Below, in pieces: positions 1 through 8,256 of a stretch of DNA of 28,050 bases. The notes beneath the pieces are model-generated. The model saw nothing but the letters and a program-made list of their open reading frames with translations, was not told where the DNA came from and made no database searches. A program made the translations under genes and the position numbers. The stretch spans positions 1 to 28,050 of the forward strand of contig JBATXM010000277.1 of NCBI GenBank assembly GCA_049673305.1. The letters run 5' to 3'. Numbering within the stretch: the stretch's first letter is position 1; each line of letters begins with the position of its first letter. The DNA is from Pseudonocardiaceae bacterium (lineage in GTDB: Bacteria > Actinomycetota > Actinomycetes > Mycobacteriales > Pseudonocardiaceae).

Positions 1-242
1 GGAAACGGAGCGAGGAACCAGGACACGAACACTGGGATGGGACAACCGCCCGGGAAACCGGCGGAACACAAAGGTCCCAGGTCCTACACCCTGGCGAAGC
101 AACCGCGCCAGTCTCCGACCCTCCTCAATAGCAGCGCAGGCGATACGTCACCAGGTGGCACGTCACTACATGCTGCGGGACAGTCGGCTTGTTGCGGCCC
201 GGTTGCAGGGAGACGTTCGACCAGGCCTATAGCATCGGTGGT

Positions 243-617
243 ATGACCTGGGGTACTGTGGAGCTGGAACCGGAGGTCCGCGACTGGATCGAAGGGCTGA
301 GTACGACCCAGTTCGCCACGGCAGCCTTCTATGTCGACCTGCTTGCCGAGCATGGTCCGCTGCTGAGCGAGCCGTACACGCGGCAGCTCGACGGTAAGTT
401 GCGGGAGTTGCGGTTCCACCTGGGTGGTCAGGCGGTGCGGGTGACCTACTGGATCGCTTCCGGGCGGCGCATCGTGTTGCTGACGGTGTTTGTCAAGACC
501 CGGATGCGACAGACCCGGGAGATTGACCGGGCCCAGCGGGCGCTGCAGCGATGTATTTCAGCAGCGCACACTGCAGACGATGACGCGAGGAGTGATGGCG
601 ATGTCGCAGCGATCTGA
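243..617 (+). CDS. Type II toxin, RelE/ParE superfamily (HigB/Gp49-like)
   Basis: ORF 189..617, likely start at Met19 (243). C-terminal WIASGRRIVLLTVFVKTRMRQTREIDRAQRAL is typical of Gp49/HigB-like toxins. Its 3' end overlaps the following HTH gene, giving the toxin-first order seen in higBA. Confidence 0.65.
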   Translation: MTWGTVELEPEVRDWIEGLSTTQFATAAFYVDLLAEHGPLLSEPYTRQLDGKLRELRFHLGGQAVRVTYWIASGRRIVLLTVFVKTRMRQTREIDRAQRALQRCISAAHTADDDARSDGDVAAI

Positions 618-900
618 CTGGCAGGAGCTGCGCAGCCGCCGGATGGCCGAGCCCGGTGCGGCCGAGGCGTATGACGCTGCGCGGCTGGCCTTCGAACTCG
701 GTCGGCAGGTCCGGGAACTCCGTGTCCAGCAGGGATTGAGTCAGACTGAGCTAGCCCGGCGCGCCGGCATGACCCAGCCTGCGGTGGCCCGGTTCGAGGC
801 TGGTGGCACAGTGCCCACGTTGCCCGTCCTGGAGCGCCTGGCTCGCTCGCTGGGCACTGAGCTGACGGTACAGCTGGTTCCATCCTCGTCGGTGGCGTGA
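595..900 (+). CDS. HTH XRE-family antitoxin (HigA-like)
   Basis: In-frame ATG at 595 preceded by GAGGAG (586-591). XRE-type HTH: LSQTELARRAGMTQPAVARFEAG. Overlaps the toxin stop by 23 nt. Confidence 0.65.
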   Translation: MAMSQRSDWQELRSRRMAEPGAAEAYDAARLAFELGRQVRELRVQQGLSQTELARRAGMTQPAVARFEAGGTVPTLPVLERLARSLGTELTVQLVPSSSVA

Positions 901-1060
901 TCCAGAGCACGCGACGCCTCGGCGGTACCGGGTCGGGCGGGTCGAACAGGCCGGCCTGTTCGCTGGCTGACTCTGGCCGGCGGCGACATTCCGGTCCGGA
1001 TCGCCACATTGTCAGTGGGTCCCGATAGCGTGCGCCTCGTCACGAACGAGAGGGGCGAGG

Positions 1061-2767
1061 ATGTCCGTTGGTCTGGTGGATCACCCGGTGGTGAGTGCCG
1101 AGGTGCATGCGCTGTACGCGCCGCTGCTGGAGCGGCTGGCCTGCGCGTCGGAGGTGGATCCGCGCCGGTCGGCGCTGGTCGACGAGGCGGGAGAGGTGTG
1201 GAGCCGGCCGGGGTTCGACACGGTCCTCTCGGCGTCGCGCCTGGGTTTCACCCCGTTCGACTACCAGCTCGCCACGATGCAGACGGTGCTGCGCCGGATG
1301 CGTGGGCGGGCGATCCTGGCCGATGAGGTCGGTCTCGGCAAGACGATCGAGGCCGGGCTGGTGCTCTCGGAGCTGCGGATGCGGGGGCTGGCCGACCGTG
1401 CGCTCGTCATCACTCCGGCCGGGTTGGTGGGCCAGTGGCGTGAGGAGCTGGAGCGCAAGTTCGCCCTGCCCACCACGATCGCGGCCCGCGGCGGCTGGGA
1501 GAGTGGCGCGGACCGCCCGGTGGTGCTGGCGTCGCTGGCTGCGGCCCGGCGCGACCCGCTGCGCTCGGCGGTCACCGACGAGCGATGGGACGTGGTGATC
1601 GTCGATGAGGCCCACCGCTTGCGCAACCCGGCCAGCGCCTCGGGGAAGCTGGCCCGCACGCTGCGCACCCGCTACCTGCTGCTGCTCACCGCCACTCCTG
1701 TGGAGAACCGGTTGCAGGATCTCTACGAGCTGGTCAACCTCGTCGCGCCAGGCATGCTCGGCACGGCCGCCCAGTTCCGCAGTGCGCACGGCTCCGCCGA
1801 CTCCGGGGTCGAGGCCCTGCGCAACGTCGCGGCGTTGCGTGCCCGCACCCGCCAGATCATGGTGCGGCACCGGCGCAGCGAGGTGGCGGTGCTGCTGCCC
1901 CAGCGGTTGGCCGAAACCGTCCTGGTGACGCCGTGTGACGCTGAGCGCTCGCTGTACTCCGAGCTCACCGCCCGGATCCGCGGCGCGGCGCTGGGCGCGG
2001 ATTCGACCCAACGGCTGACACTGCGCAGCCTGACCCGGCTGGCCGGTTCCAGCCCGGCCGCAGCGGCGCCCACCCTCGACAAGACCGGGTGGCACGATCT
2101 CGCCGAGCGCGCCCGGGCGATCACACGGCCCCGCAAGACCGACGAGCTGCTCTCCCGGCTGCGCACCCACGTCGAGCGCGGGGAGAAGGTGCTGGTGTTC
2201 ACCGCGTTCCGGCACACGCTCAACGCGATCGCTGAGGAGGTCGCCGCAGCCGGCATCCCGGCGGCCTGCTACCACGGCAGCCTGTCCCGGCGGGACAAGG
2301 ACGCCGCAGTCGCGGCGTTCGCGGGCGACGTGCCGGTCCTGCTGTCCACTGAGTCGGCCGGCGAGGGCCGTAACCTGCAGTTCTGCCACGTCATGATCAA
2401 TATGGATCTGCCGTGGAACCCGATGCAGATCGAGCAGCGGCTGGGCCGGCTGCACCGGGTGGGCCAAGAGCACGACGTCCTGCTCGCCAACCTGGTGTCT
2501 CGCGGCACCATCGAGGAGCGCATCCTGCACGTGCTGGAGTCGAAGATCAACCTCTTCGAGCTGGTCGTCGGGGAGCTGGACATGATCCTGGGCCGGGTCA
2601 CCGACGACTTCGACTTCGAGTCCTCGGTGTTCACCGCGTATGTCACCGCCGCCGACGACGCCGCGTTCGCTGCCTCGCTCGACGGTCTGGGTGCTGACCT
2701 GGCCCGCGCCCGCAGCGACTACCTGCGCACCCGGGGTGCGGTCGACCAGCTGGTGGGGGAGGACTGA
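1061..2767 (+). CDS. SNF2-family (DEAD/DEAH-like) helicase
   Basis: Motif I LADEVGLGKTIEA, motif II VIVDEAHRLRN, SNF2 motif III LLLTATPVENRLQDLYELVNLV, helicase-C region with LQFCHVMINMDLPWNPMQIEQRLGRLHRVGQ. Purine-rich stretch before the ATG. Confidence 0.9.
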   Translation: MSVGLVDHPVVSAEVHALYAPLLERLACASEVDPRRSALVDEAGEVWSRPGFDTVLSASRLGFTPFDYQLATMQTVLRRMRGRAILADEVGLGKTIEAGLVLSELRMRGLADRALVITPAGLVGQWREELERKFALPTTIAARGGWESGADRPVVLASLAAARRDPLRSAVTDERWDVVIVDEAHRLRNPASASGKLARTLRTRYLLLLTATPVENRLQDLYELVNLVAPGMLGTAAQFRSAHGSADSGVEALRNVAALRARTRQIMVRHRRSEVAVLLPQRLAETVLVTPCDAERSLYSELTARIRGAALGADSTQRLTLRSLTRLAGSSPAAAAPTLDKTGWHDLAERARAITRPRKTDELLSRLRTHVERGEKVLVFTAFRHTLNAIAEEVAAAGIPAACYHGSLSRRDKDAAVAAFAGDVPVLLSTESAGEGRNLQFCHVMINMDLPWNPMQIEQRLGRLHRVGQEHDVLLANLVSRGTIEERILHVLESKINLFELVVGELDMILGRVTDDFDFESSVFTAYVTAADDAAFAASLDGLGADLARARSDYLRTRGAVDQLVGED

Positions 2768-2769
2768 CC

Positions 2770-3843
2770 ATGGATCCGGGCCTGCGGTTCTGGCTGCGCT
2801 ACGTCGATGACCACGGTGGGCTCACCGAGCCGGCGAGGGACGGCACGCTCGTGGTGCTGCCGCACGCGGTGGCCGCCGAATTCGACCTGCCCGACGAACT
2901 GATGGTGACCTCCGACCCCGACGTCGCTCGCGAGGACGGCACGGTGCTGCTCGCCACGGGTCATCCGGTGCTGATCCGGGCCGCCGACGCGACGCTGACC
3001 GGCGGCGACGCCGGGGTGGTCGCGCTCGCCGCTCCGAGCACCCCGGCACCGGGTGCTGACTACCTGCAGGACCGGGTCCGGGAGCAGTTCCCGGTAGAGC
3101 ACGGGCGGATCGACGTCACGGGCCTGCCCACTCGGGTCACCCGCCCGGTGCTGCGGGTCGGCGCGCTGGTCACGTACACCGTGTCAGCCGAGGAGTGCTA
3201 CCAGGAACGGCTGGAGTGCTGGGTCGACGCGCGCTCGGGGCTGCCGCTGGGCGAGGACGACGTGGCCCGGCTGCGGCGCGCCCCGCGTGCCGTCAACACC
3301 GACACTTCGCCCGCATCGCTGCTCACCACCGCCGGTCGCGGTGTGGAGCACGCGCACCGCATCCTCGAGGCTGCGGCCAGCAGACGGCGGAGCACGCTGG
3401 CGGCCCAGGCATCGGACGCTCATCGGCAGGAACGCGCGCACGCCCGTGCCTACTACGATGACGCGCTGCGGTCGTTGGAGCGCCGCCGCGCCACAGCCCC
3501 GCCCGACCGGGCCGAGCTGCTCGCGGCCCGTGCCGTGAGCACCCGTGAGGAGCGAACCCGGCGGTTGCTGGAGATCGACGAGAAGTACCAGGCCCGCCAC
3601 GACATCCGCCCGTTCCGGCTGCACGCCGTCCTGGTACCGGGATGGCGGGTACCGGTCGACGTTCGCCGGGGGGCACGGCGCTATCCGTTCGCGTTCGACT
3701 GGCTCCCCGCGCTGGGCGCCTACGCCAACGAGGGCTGCCCGCACTGCGGCGCGACCACCGCGCTGTCGGCGAGCAAGACCCGGCTCGGCTGCCTGGACTG
3801 CCTGCCCAGCTCGGCCCTGCACGCCGTACCCACCTCGGCGTGA
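2770..3843 (+). CDS. Helicase-associated protein with C-terminal CxxC...CxxC zinc ribbon (possibly DUF1998-like)
   Basis: ATG 2 nt after the helicase stop (translational coupling). C-terminus reads CPHCGATTALSASKTRLGCLDC. No catalytic motifs recognised. Confidence 0.6.
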   Translation: MDPGLRFWLRYVDDHGGLTEPARDGTLVVLPHAVAAEFDLPDELMVTSDPDVAREDGTVLLATGHPVLIRAADATLTGGDAGVVALAAPSTPAPGADYLQDRVREQFPVEHGRIDVTGLPTRVTRPVLRVGALVTYTVSAEECYQERLECWVDARSGLPLGEDDVARLRRAPRAVNTDTSPASLLTTAGRGVEHAHRILEAAASRRRSTLAAQASDAHRQERAHARAYYDDALRSLERRRATAPPDRAELLAARAVSTREERTRRLLEIDEKYQARHDIRPFRLHAVLVPGWRVPVDVRRGARRYPFAFDWLPALGAYANEGCPHCGATTALSASKTRLGCLDCLPSSALHAVPTSA

Positions 3844-3886
3844 ACCTGAGCTATTATGTGACCACTAGGCTGAGTGAGGTGGTCAC

Positions 3887-4153
3887 ATGGATGTGGGAGT
3901 GCGGGAGCTCAAGGAACGGCTGTCGGAGTACCTGGAGCGGGCGGCCAGGGGTGAGCATCTCACCGTCACCGAGCGTGGCCGGCCCAAGGCGGTTCTCGGG
4001 CCGTTGCCTGGCGGCGACAACCTGGCGCGAGGCGTCGCGGAGGGCTGGATCACGCCGCCACGATCACCCGGTCCCGTCCCGTCGCCCCCGGCTCGGGTCA
4101 GGGCGTCGACATCCGTGCGGGACATGGTCGACGAAGACCGGGCCGAGGAGTGA
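3887..4153 (+). CDS. Type II antitoxin, Phd/YefM family
   Basis: N-terminus MDVGVRELKERLSEYLERAARGEHLTVTERGRPKAVL matches the Phd/YefM fold pattern. The stop overlaps the VapC start (GTGA). Confidence 0.7.
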   Translation: MDVGVRELKERLSEYLERAARGEHLTVTERGRPKAVLGPLPGGDNLARGVAEGWITPPRSPGPVPSPPARVRASTSVRDMVDEDRAEE

Positions 4154-4554
4154 CGCTCTACCTCGACTCGAGCGCGCTGCTCAAGCGATACATCGACGAG
4201 CCGGACAGCTCGCAGTTCACCACGATTCTGACCAGCGACGAGAGCTGGTTGACCTGCCGGATCACCTGGGTTGAGGTGTGGCGCAACCTCGGCAGGCGGC
4301 TGACCGGGGTAGATGCGCCCGTCGCTCGCGACGCTTTCCGAGCCGACTGGGCACACCTGGCCGTCGTCGAGATCGACGCCGTGCTCGCCGAGGACTCCGG
4401 TCGGATCGCCGACCTCACCGGGAGCCGCAGCCTCGACGCGGTGCACCTGGCGGCGATGCAGCGTGCCGGGCCCTCCGGCATCACGTTGGTGACGGCGGAC
4501 CTGAGACAGGCCCAAGCCGCCAGGTCGATGGGATGGTCCGTGCTCGGAGCGTGA
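4150..4554 (+). CDS. vapC: Type II toxin VapC (PIN-domain ribonuclease)
   Basis: LYLDSSALLKRY with the PIN acidic residue. Size and architecture typical of VapC. GTG start overlaps the antitoxin stop by 4 nt. Confidence 0.8.
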   Translation: MTLYLDSSALLKRYIDEPDSSQFTTILTSDESWLTCRITWVEVWRNLGRRLTGVDAPVARDAFRADWAHLAVVEIDAVLAEDSGRIADLTGSRSLDAVHLAAMQRAGPSGITLVTADLRQAQAARSMGWSVLGA

Positions 4555-4588
4555 CGGCGGTCACCGTTGGCCACCGCCACGTCATGTA

Positions 4589-4791
4589 TCACTGCTCGTC
4601 GAGCGCCTGATCGATAGCCTCATCGAATACGTCCTCGATCTCCCAGCGCTCCAGGATCCTCGCCGTTCTGAGGTCGGCCTTGATGCTCGCGCGATGCAGT
4701 TTGTACAGCGTGTCGCCGTAACCCCCTTGACATCATCCAGGCGAGCCTCAAGCGCGGCGATCCGGCGCTCCAACGTCTGCAGCGAAGCCAT
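4589..4791 (-). pseudogene. Small ORF (~67 aa) interrupted by an apparent 1-nt frameshift at a C5 homopolymer (4722-4726)
   Basis: N-terminal frame reads MASLQTLERRIAALEARLDDVKG. A second frame reads GYGDTLYKLHRASIKADLRTARILERWEIEDVFDEAIDQALDEQ* with stop at 4589-4591. One extra C/G in the homopolymer would join them. Confidence 0.3.
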
Positions 4792-4821
4792 GCGCCACCC
4801 TAACCGGGATCCCCGACAAGA

Positions 4822-6021
4822 TCACATCAGGTTCTGGCGATCAGAGTCAGCGGATGCCTTGTCATCATCCCGGTGGCCTGCGGTGACCGCTGTCGCGCGC
4901 CCAGTGGTCGTGGTGGGCGGTTCGGGAGCGGTCTCGGGGAGCGGGGAGTTGGTCACCTTCCTGACCGACTCGAGGATCGTCAGCCCCTGGCTGACCAGCC
5001 CGGCCGCGATCTCGCTGAGGCCGTTCGCGCCGTTGAGGATGTTGACGTTGGCGCCATGGAGTCCCAGCGCTGCCTGCTTCACGATCTCGGGCAGCTGGTC
5101 GATGAGCATCCGGTCGAGGGCGACCCGGTCGTTGGACGCCGCGGCCTCGGCCTGGATCCGCATTTTCTCCGCGTCGGCCAGCGCCAGGATGCGCACGCGC
5201 TCGGCCTCGGCCTCCGCGGGCCGCACCACTTCTGCGATCAGCTCCTGCTGGCGCAGCTCAGCTGCCCGCTGGGCCAGCTCGGTCTGTGCCGCGAGGACTT
5301 GGAGTGTTGCCTGCGCCTGGGCCAGCGGGCCCGCCTGCGCTGCCGCGGCCTGCGCTGTGTCTATCTGGGCCCGGTACTGCGCCTGGATAACGGCGGTCTG
5401 CCGGGCGTACTCGGCTTGCTGGCGCTGGGAGTGCTGGGTCGCCTCGGCGGCGGCCTGATCCGCCTGGGCCTGGGCGATCTGAGCCTCCCGTTGGATCGCC
5501 GCGTTGTGCGGGGCCGCCATCGCCGCGATGTAACCGAGGTTCATGTCGTCGATGGACTGGATCTGCAACGAGTCGACGCTCAGGCCGAGGGTTGCCATCT
5601 CGGCCTTGGAGCCGTCGAGCACCTCCACGGCCAGCTTCTGACGTTCGGTGACGATTTCCTCGACAGTCATCGAGCCGATGATCGAGCGCAGATGGCCGGC
5701 AAAGATCCGGCCGGTGAGAACCGACATCTGGTCCTGGTCGGACAGGAAGCGCTGCGCTGCGTTGACGATGCTCTCGTCGTCGTTGCCGACCTTGAACGCG
5801 ATGACCGCGCGGACGTTGAGCGCGATGGCCTGTCGCGTCACGCACGCTTCGTGGACCTCGGCCTCGCACATGGCCAGGGTCAGGAAGCGCACCTTGCGGA
5901 CGAAGGGCAGCACGAACGCCCCGTGGCCGGTGACGACCCGGAATGGTGAGCCGCCGACCTTGCTCTTCCCGCCGGAGATCAGCATGGCCTCGTCGGGTGC
6001 GGGAACTCGATAACCGAACAT
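4822..6021 (-). CDS. Flotillin / SPFH (band-7) family protein
   Basis: SPFH N-domain with MFGYRVPAPDEAMLISGGK, followed by a long Ala/Gln-rich coiled-coil typical of FloT/YqiK-like flotillins. Confidence 0.85.
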   Translation of the reverse strand: MFGYRVPAPDEAMLISGGKSKVGGSPFRVVTGHGAFVLPFVRKVRFLTLAMCEAEVHEACVTRQAIALNVRAVIAFKVGNDDESIVNAAQRFLSDQDQMSVLTGRIFAGHLRSIIGSMTVEEIVTERQKLAVEVLDGSKAEMATLGLSVDSLQIQSIDDMNLGYIAAMAAPHNAAIQREAQIAQAQADQAAAEATQHSQRQQAEYARQTAVIQAQYRAQIDTAQAAAAQAGPLAQAQATLQVLAAQTELAQRAAELRQQELIAEVVRPAEAEAERVRILALADAEKMRIQAEAAASNDRVALDRMLIDQLPEIVKQAALGLHGANVNILNGANGLSEIAAGLVSQGLTILESVRKVTNSPLPETAPEPPTTTTGRATAVTAGHRDDDKASADSDRQNLM

Positions 6022-6033
6022 CGCGCGCCTCCG

Positions 6034-6276
6034 CTAGCCGAGCATCTCGACGGTGGAAGCGAGGGGGTCCGACCAGGCGACGACGCCCACCGTTCGGCCG
6101 CCACGGGACTCAACGACGAGCACGGTCGCCCCCGCCGGTAACGCCTCGTCCGACCAGGCCAAATAGGTCTCCGAGCCACCGCGGATGCGCACCCGCGCCT
6201 CACCCGGCCCATCAGGTCCCCGAGTGGAGACGGTCAGCACACCGAGGCGGCCCACGACGGAGGGGTCCGAGCTCAC
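6034..6276 (-). CDS. NfeD-like short OB-fold protein (flotillin partner)
   Basis: 80-aa protein directly upstream of the flotillin gene on the same strand, as in yuaF-floT/yqiJ-yqiK pairs. Beta-rich sequence: VLVVESRGGRTVGVVAWSD. Confidence 0.55.
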   Translation of the reverse strand: MSSDPSVVGRLGVLTVSTRGPDGPGEARVRIRGGSETYLAWSDEALPAGATVLVVESRGGRTVGVVAWSDPLASTVEMLG

Positions 6277-6317
6277 CGAACACCGACCTTTCGGTCATAC
6301 AACCCGATACCTACCCG

Positions 6318-6551
6318 CTACGCCGAGGCGGCAGTGGCTTCGGTGATCTGGTCGAGGGTGGGGTTGGTCAGCACCGAACCATCCGGTAGCAGGATGGTCG
6401 GCACGGTCTGGTTGCCTCCGTTGACGCCTGCTACGAACGCGGCGGCTGCCGCGTCGTGCTCGATGTCAACTTCGCGGAAGCTGATGCCGGCACGGGCCAG
6501 CTGCGCCTTGAGTCGCCGGCAGTAGCCGCACCACACGGTCGTGTACATCGT
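6318..6551 (-). CDS. Mycoredoxin/glutaredoxin-like CxxC thiol-disulfide oxidoreductase
   Basis: TVWCGYCRRLK active-site motif and PTILLPDGSVLTNP thioredoxin-fold signature. ORF 6318..6632 trimmed to the internal Met (MYTTVWCGYC) at 6551. Confidence 0.7.
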   Translation of the reverse strand, partial: TMYTTVWCGYCRRLKAQLARAGISFREVDIEHDAAAAAFVAGVNGGNQTVPTILLPDGSVLTNPTLDQITEATAASA

Positions 6552-6628
6552 CAGTTCGCTCACGCTCAGTGCCAACAGTCCCGGCCTGCGCGGTGTTCCT
6601 GCCGCTGGTCGTGGCCGTGCGGACGTAG

Positions 6629-7645
6629 TCAATTATTACGTTCGCTCTGCTCATACACCTGAGCTGGCGGGCCGACGATGAGGGGGTCGGGTGTGTTGAC
6701 CACATCGGGGTCCTTAGTCGGATAGTCCAGGGTAGACAGAACCCAGCGCAGCGCCTCGATCCGACCACGTTTCTTGTCGTTGCTCTTCACCACCGTCCAC
6801 GGCGCTGCTGGGGTGTCGGTGTGCTGGAACATGGCCTCTTTCGCCTGGGTGTAGTCGTCCCACCGCTCCAGCGCGGCCAGATCGACCGGGCTGAGCTTCC
6901 ACTGCCGCAGCGGGTCGATGACCCGGATGGTGAACCGGGTCCGTTGTTCGGCTCGAGAGACTGAGAACCATAACTTGACCAGGTGGATACCACTGTCGAC
7001 CAACGCCTGCTCCAACCCCGGATTCTGTTTCATGAACTCCCAGTACTCGCTGGTGGTGCAAAACCCCATGACGCGTTCGACGACAGCGCGGTTGTACCAG
7101 GACCGGTCGAATAACACGATCTCCCCCGCGGCGGGAAGCTGGCTGAAATAGCGCTGGAAGTACCACTGAGTGCGCTCCCGCTCGCTGGGTTTCTCCAACG
7201 CCACCACCCTCGCCCCGCGCGGATTCAGATGCTCGGTGAAGCGTTTGATGGTGCCCCCCTTGCCCGCCGCGTCACGACCTTCGAAGAGCACAACGACTCG
7301 CTGCTCGCTGTCCTTGACCCAGGACTGCATCTTCAACAGCTCGATTTGCAGGGACCGCTTGGTGCGCTCGTACTCCTGCCGGCTCATCCGCTCGGTGTAC
7401 GGGTAGTCCTGCTGCCATGTGGTGATCTCACGTCCATCGGGGCCAAGCAGGAGCGCCTCGTCGTCGTCGAGTTCTGCCACCGACAGACCCTGCAGGTTGT
7501 CCAACAGGTCCACCGCCCGCAACGCCTCCCGCAGCGCCTGCCGGGTCTGTTCGGAATGCCCTGCTCCTCGGGGGACGTGGCGGAAGCCGTTGACAACCTG
7601 CTCGGCTGACGTCATGGCCGATCCCATCGGTAGCAGCTGATCCAC
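6629..7645 (-). CDS. ppk2: Polyphosphate kinase 2 (PPK2) family protein
   Basis: Walker A VLFEGRDAAGKGGTIKRF, then FDRSWYNRAVVERVMGF and lid region. Start is uncertain: GTG at 7645 or ATG 18-30 nt downstream. Confidence 0.85.
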   Translation of the reverse strand: MDQLLPMGSAMTSAEQVVNGFRHVPRGAGHSEQTRQALREALRAVDLLDNLQGLSVAELDDDEALLLGPDGREITTWQQDYPYTERMSRQEYERTKRSLQIELLKMQSWVKDSEQRVVVLFEGRDAAGKGGTIKRFTEHLNPRGARVVALEKPSERERTQWYFQRYFSQLPAAGEIVLFDRSWYNRAVVERVMGFCTTSEYWEFMKQNPGLEQALVDSGIHLVKLWFSVSRAEQRTRFTIRVIDPLRQWKLSPVDLAALERWDDYTQAKEAMFQHTDTPAAPWTVVKSNDKKRGRIEALRWVLSTLDYPTKDPDVVNTPDPLIVGPPAQVYEQSERNN

Positions 7646-7904
7646 CTTGGATCGAGATTAGCTGACGTGGACGGCGCGGCCGTGCTCTTAATTACTGCAC
7701 AGGCAGGACTCGGCGGATCAGCCGGACCAGGAGCAGTTCAGCCAGAAAGACGAGGCCAGCGGCGAGTACGTCGATGAGTAGCTCTTCCACGACCACCAGG
7801 GTAGGAGCCGACGGTAGCGGTCCGGGGCGGTTGAGCCGACGGCTTCGCGACCTTGGCGTGAACAGCGGTCGACGTCACTCACGACAGCACCGGCGCGGCC
7901 GGCG

Positions 7905-8222
7905 CTAGGAATGCGCGGTCAGGTCCTTGCGCACGTCCTGGCGGGCCAAGCGTTCGGTGACGACGCTGCCCACTCCCACCGCCAACGCCACCGGCCACTC
8001 GATGATCTCGATGGTCGCCAGCGCTGCGAGACCACCCAGCCACAACAACCGTAGGGGGTCCACGTCTCCCATTCCGGGCAGCGGCAACCGGAAACCTGCC
8101 AAGGCACCCACACTCTGGGGCTGGCCACCGCCCGAGCCCTGGACGCTCGCGCCGACCTCAGCGTGCGCGGTGGTTTCGCCGTCGAGGTCGTGCTCAGATT
8201 CCGAATGTGAACGAGTTGGCAT
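7905..8222 (-). CDS. Hypothetical small protein with C-terminal hydrophobic segment
   Basis: ATG preceded by a perfect SD (TAAGGAGGAACT-ATG), 35 nt downstream of the ATPase stop. Hydrophobic stretch LRLLWLGGLAALATIEIIEWPVALAVGVG. Confidence 0.45.
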   Translation of the reverse strand: MPTRSHSESEHDLDGETTAHAEVGASVQGSGGGQPQSVGALAGFRLPLPGMGDVDPLRLLWLGGLAALATIEIIEWPVALAVGVGSVVTERLARQDVRKDLTAHS

Positions 8223-8256
8223 AGTTCCTCCTTAGCAGGGTTATTTCAGGTACCCA

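Noticed and set aside
1040-2530. 496-aa minus-strand ORF antisense to the SNF2 helicase. Other long antisense or overlapping ORFs of the same kind: 8507..9721+, 4873..5949+, 5258..5869-, 3184..3822-, 17377..18180-, 19254..20252+, 22071..23387+, 23559..24500+, 24923..26029+.
   Set aside because: Typical high-GC frame artefacts. Low-complexity Arg/Pro/Gly-rich translations, no motifs, fully overlapped by ORFs with clear family signatures on the other strand.
4555-4590. Weak stem (ggcgg...ccgcc) between the convergent vapC and small-ORF ends, checked as a bidirectional terminator.
   Set aside because: Only 5-bp stems with a 13-nt loop and no U-tract.
7700-7800. 34-aa hydrophobic mini-ORF on the minus strand (VVVEELLIDVLAAGLVFLAELLLVRLIRRVLPVQ).
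   Set aside because: No RBS or ATG start, very short. Could be a real micro-peptide but unsupported.
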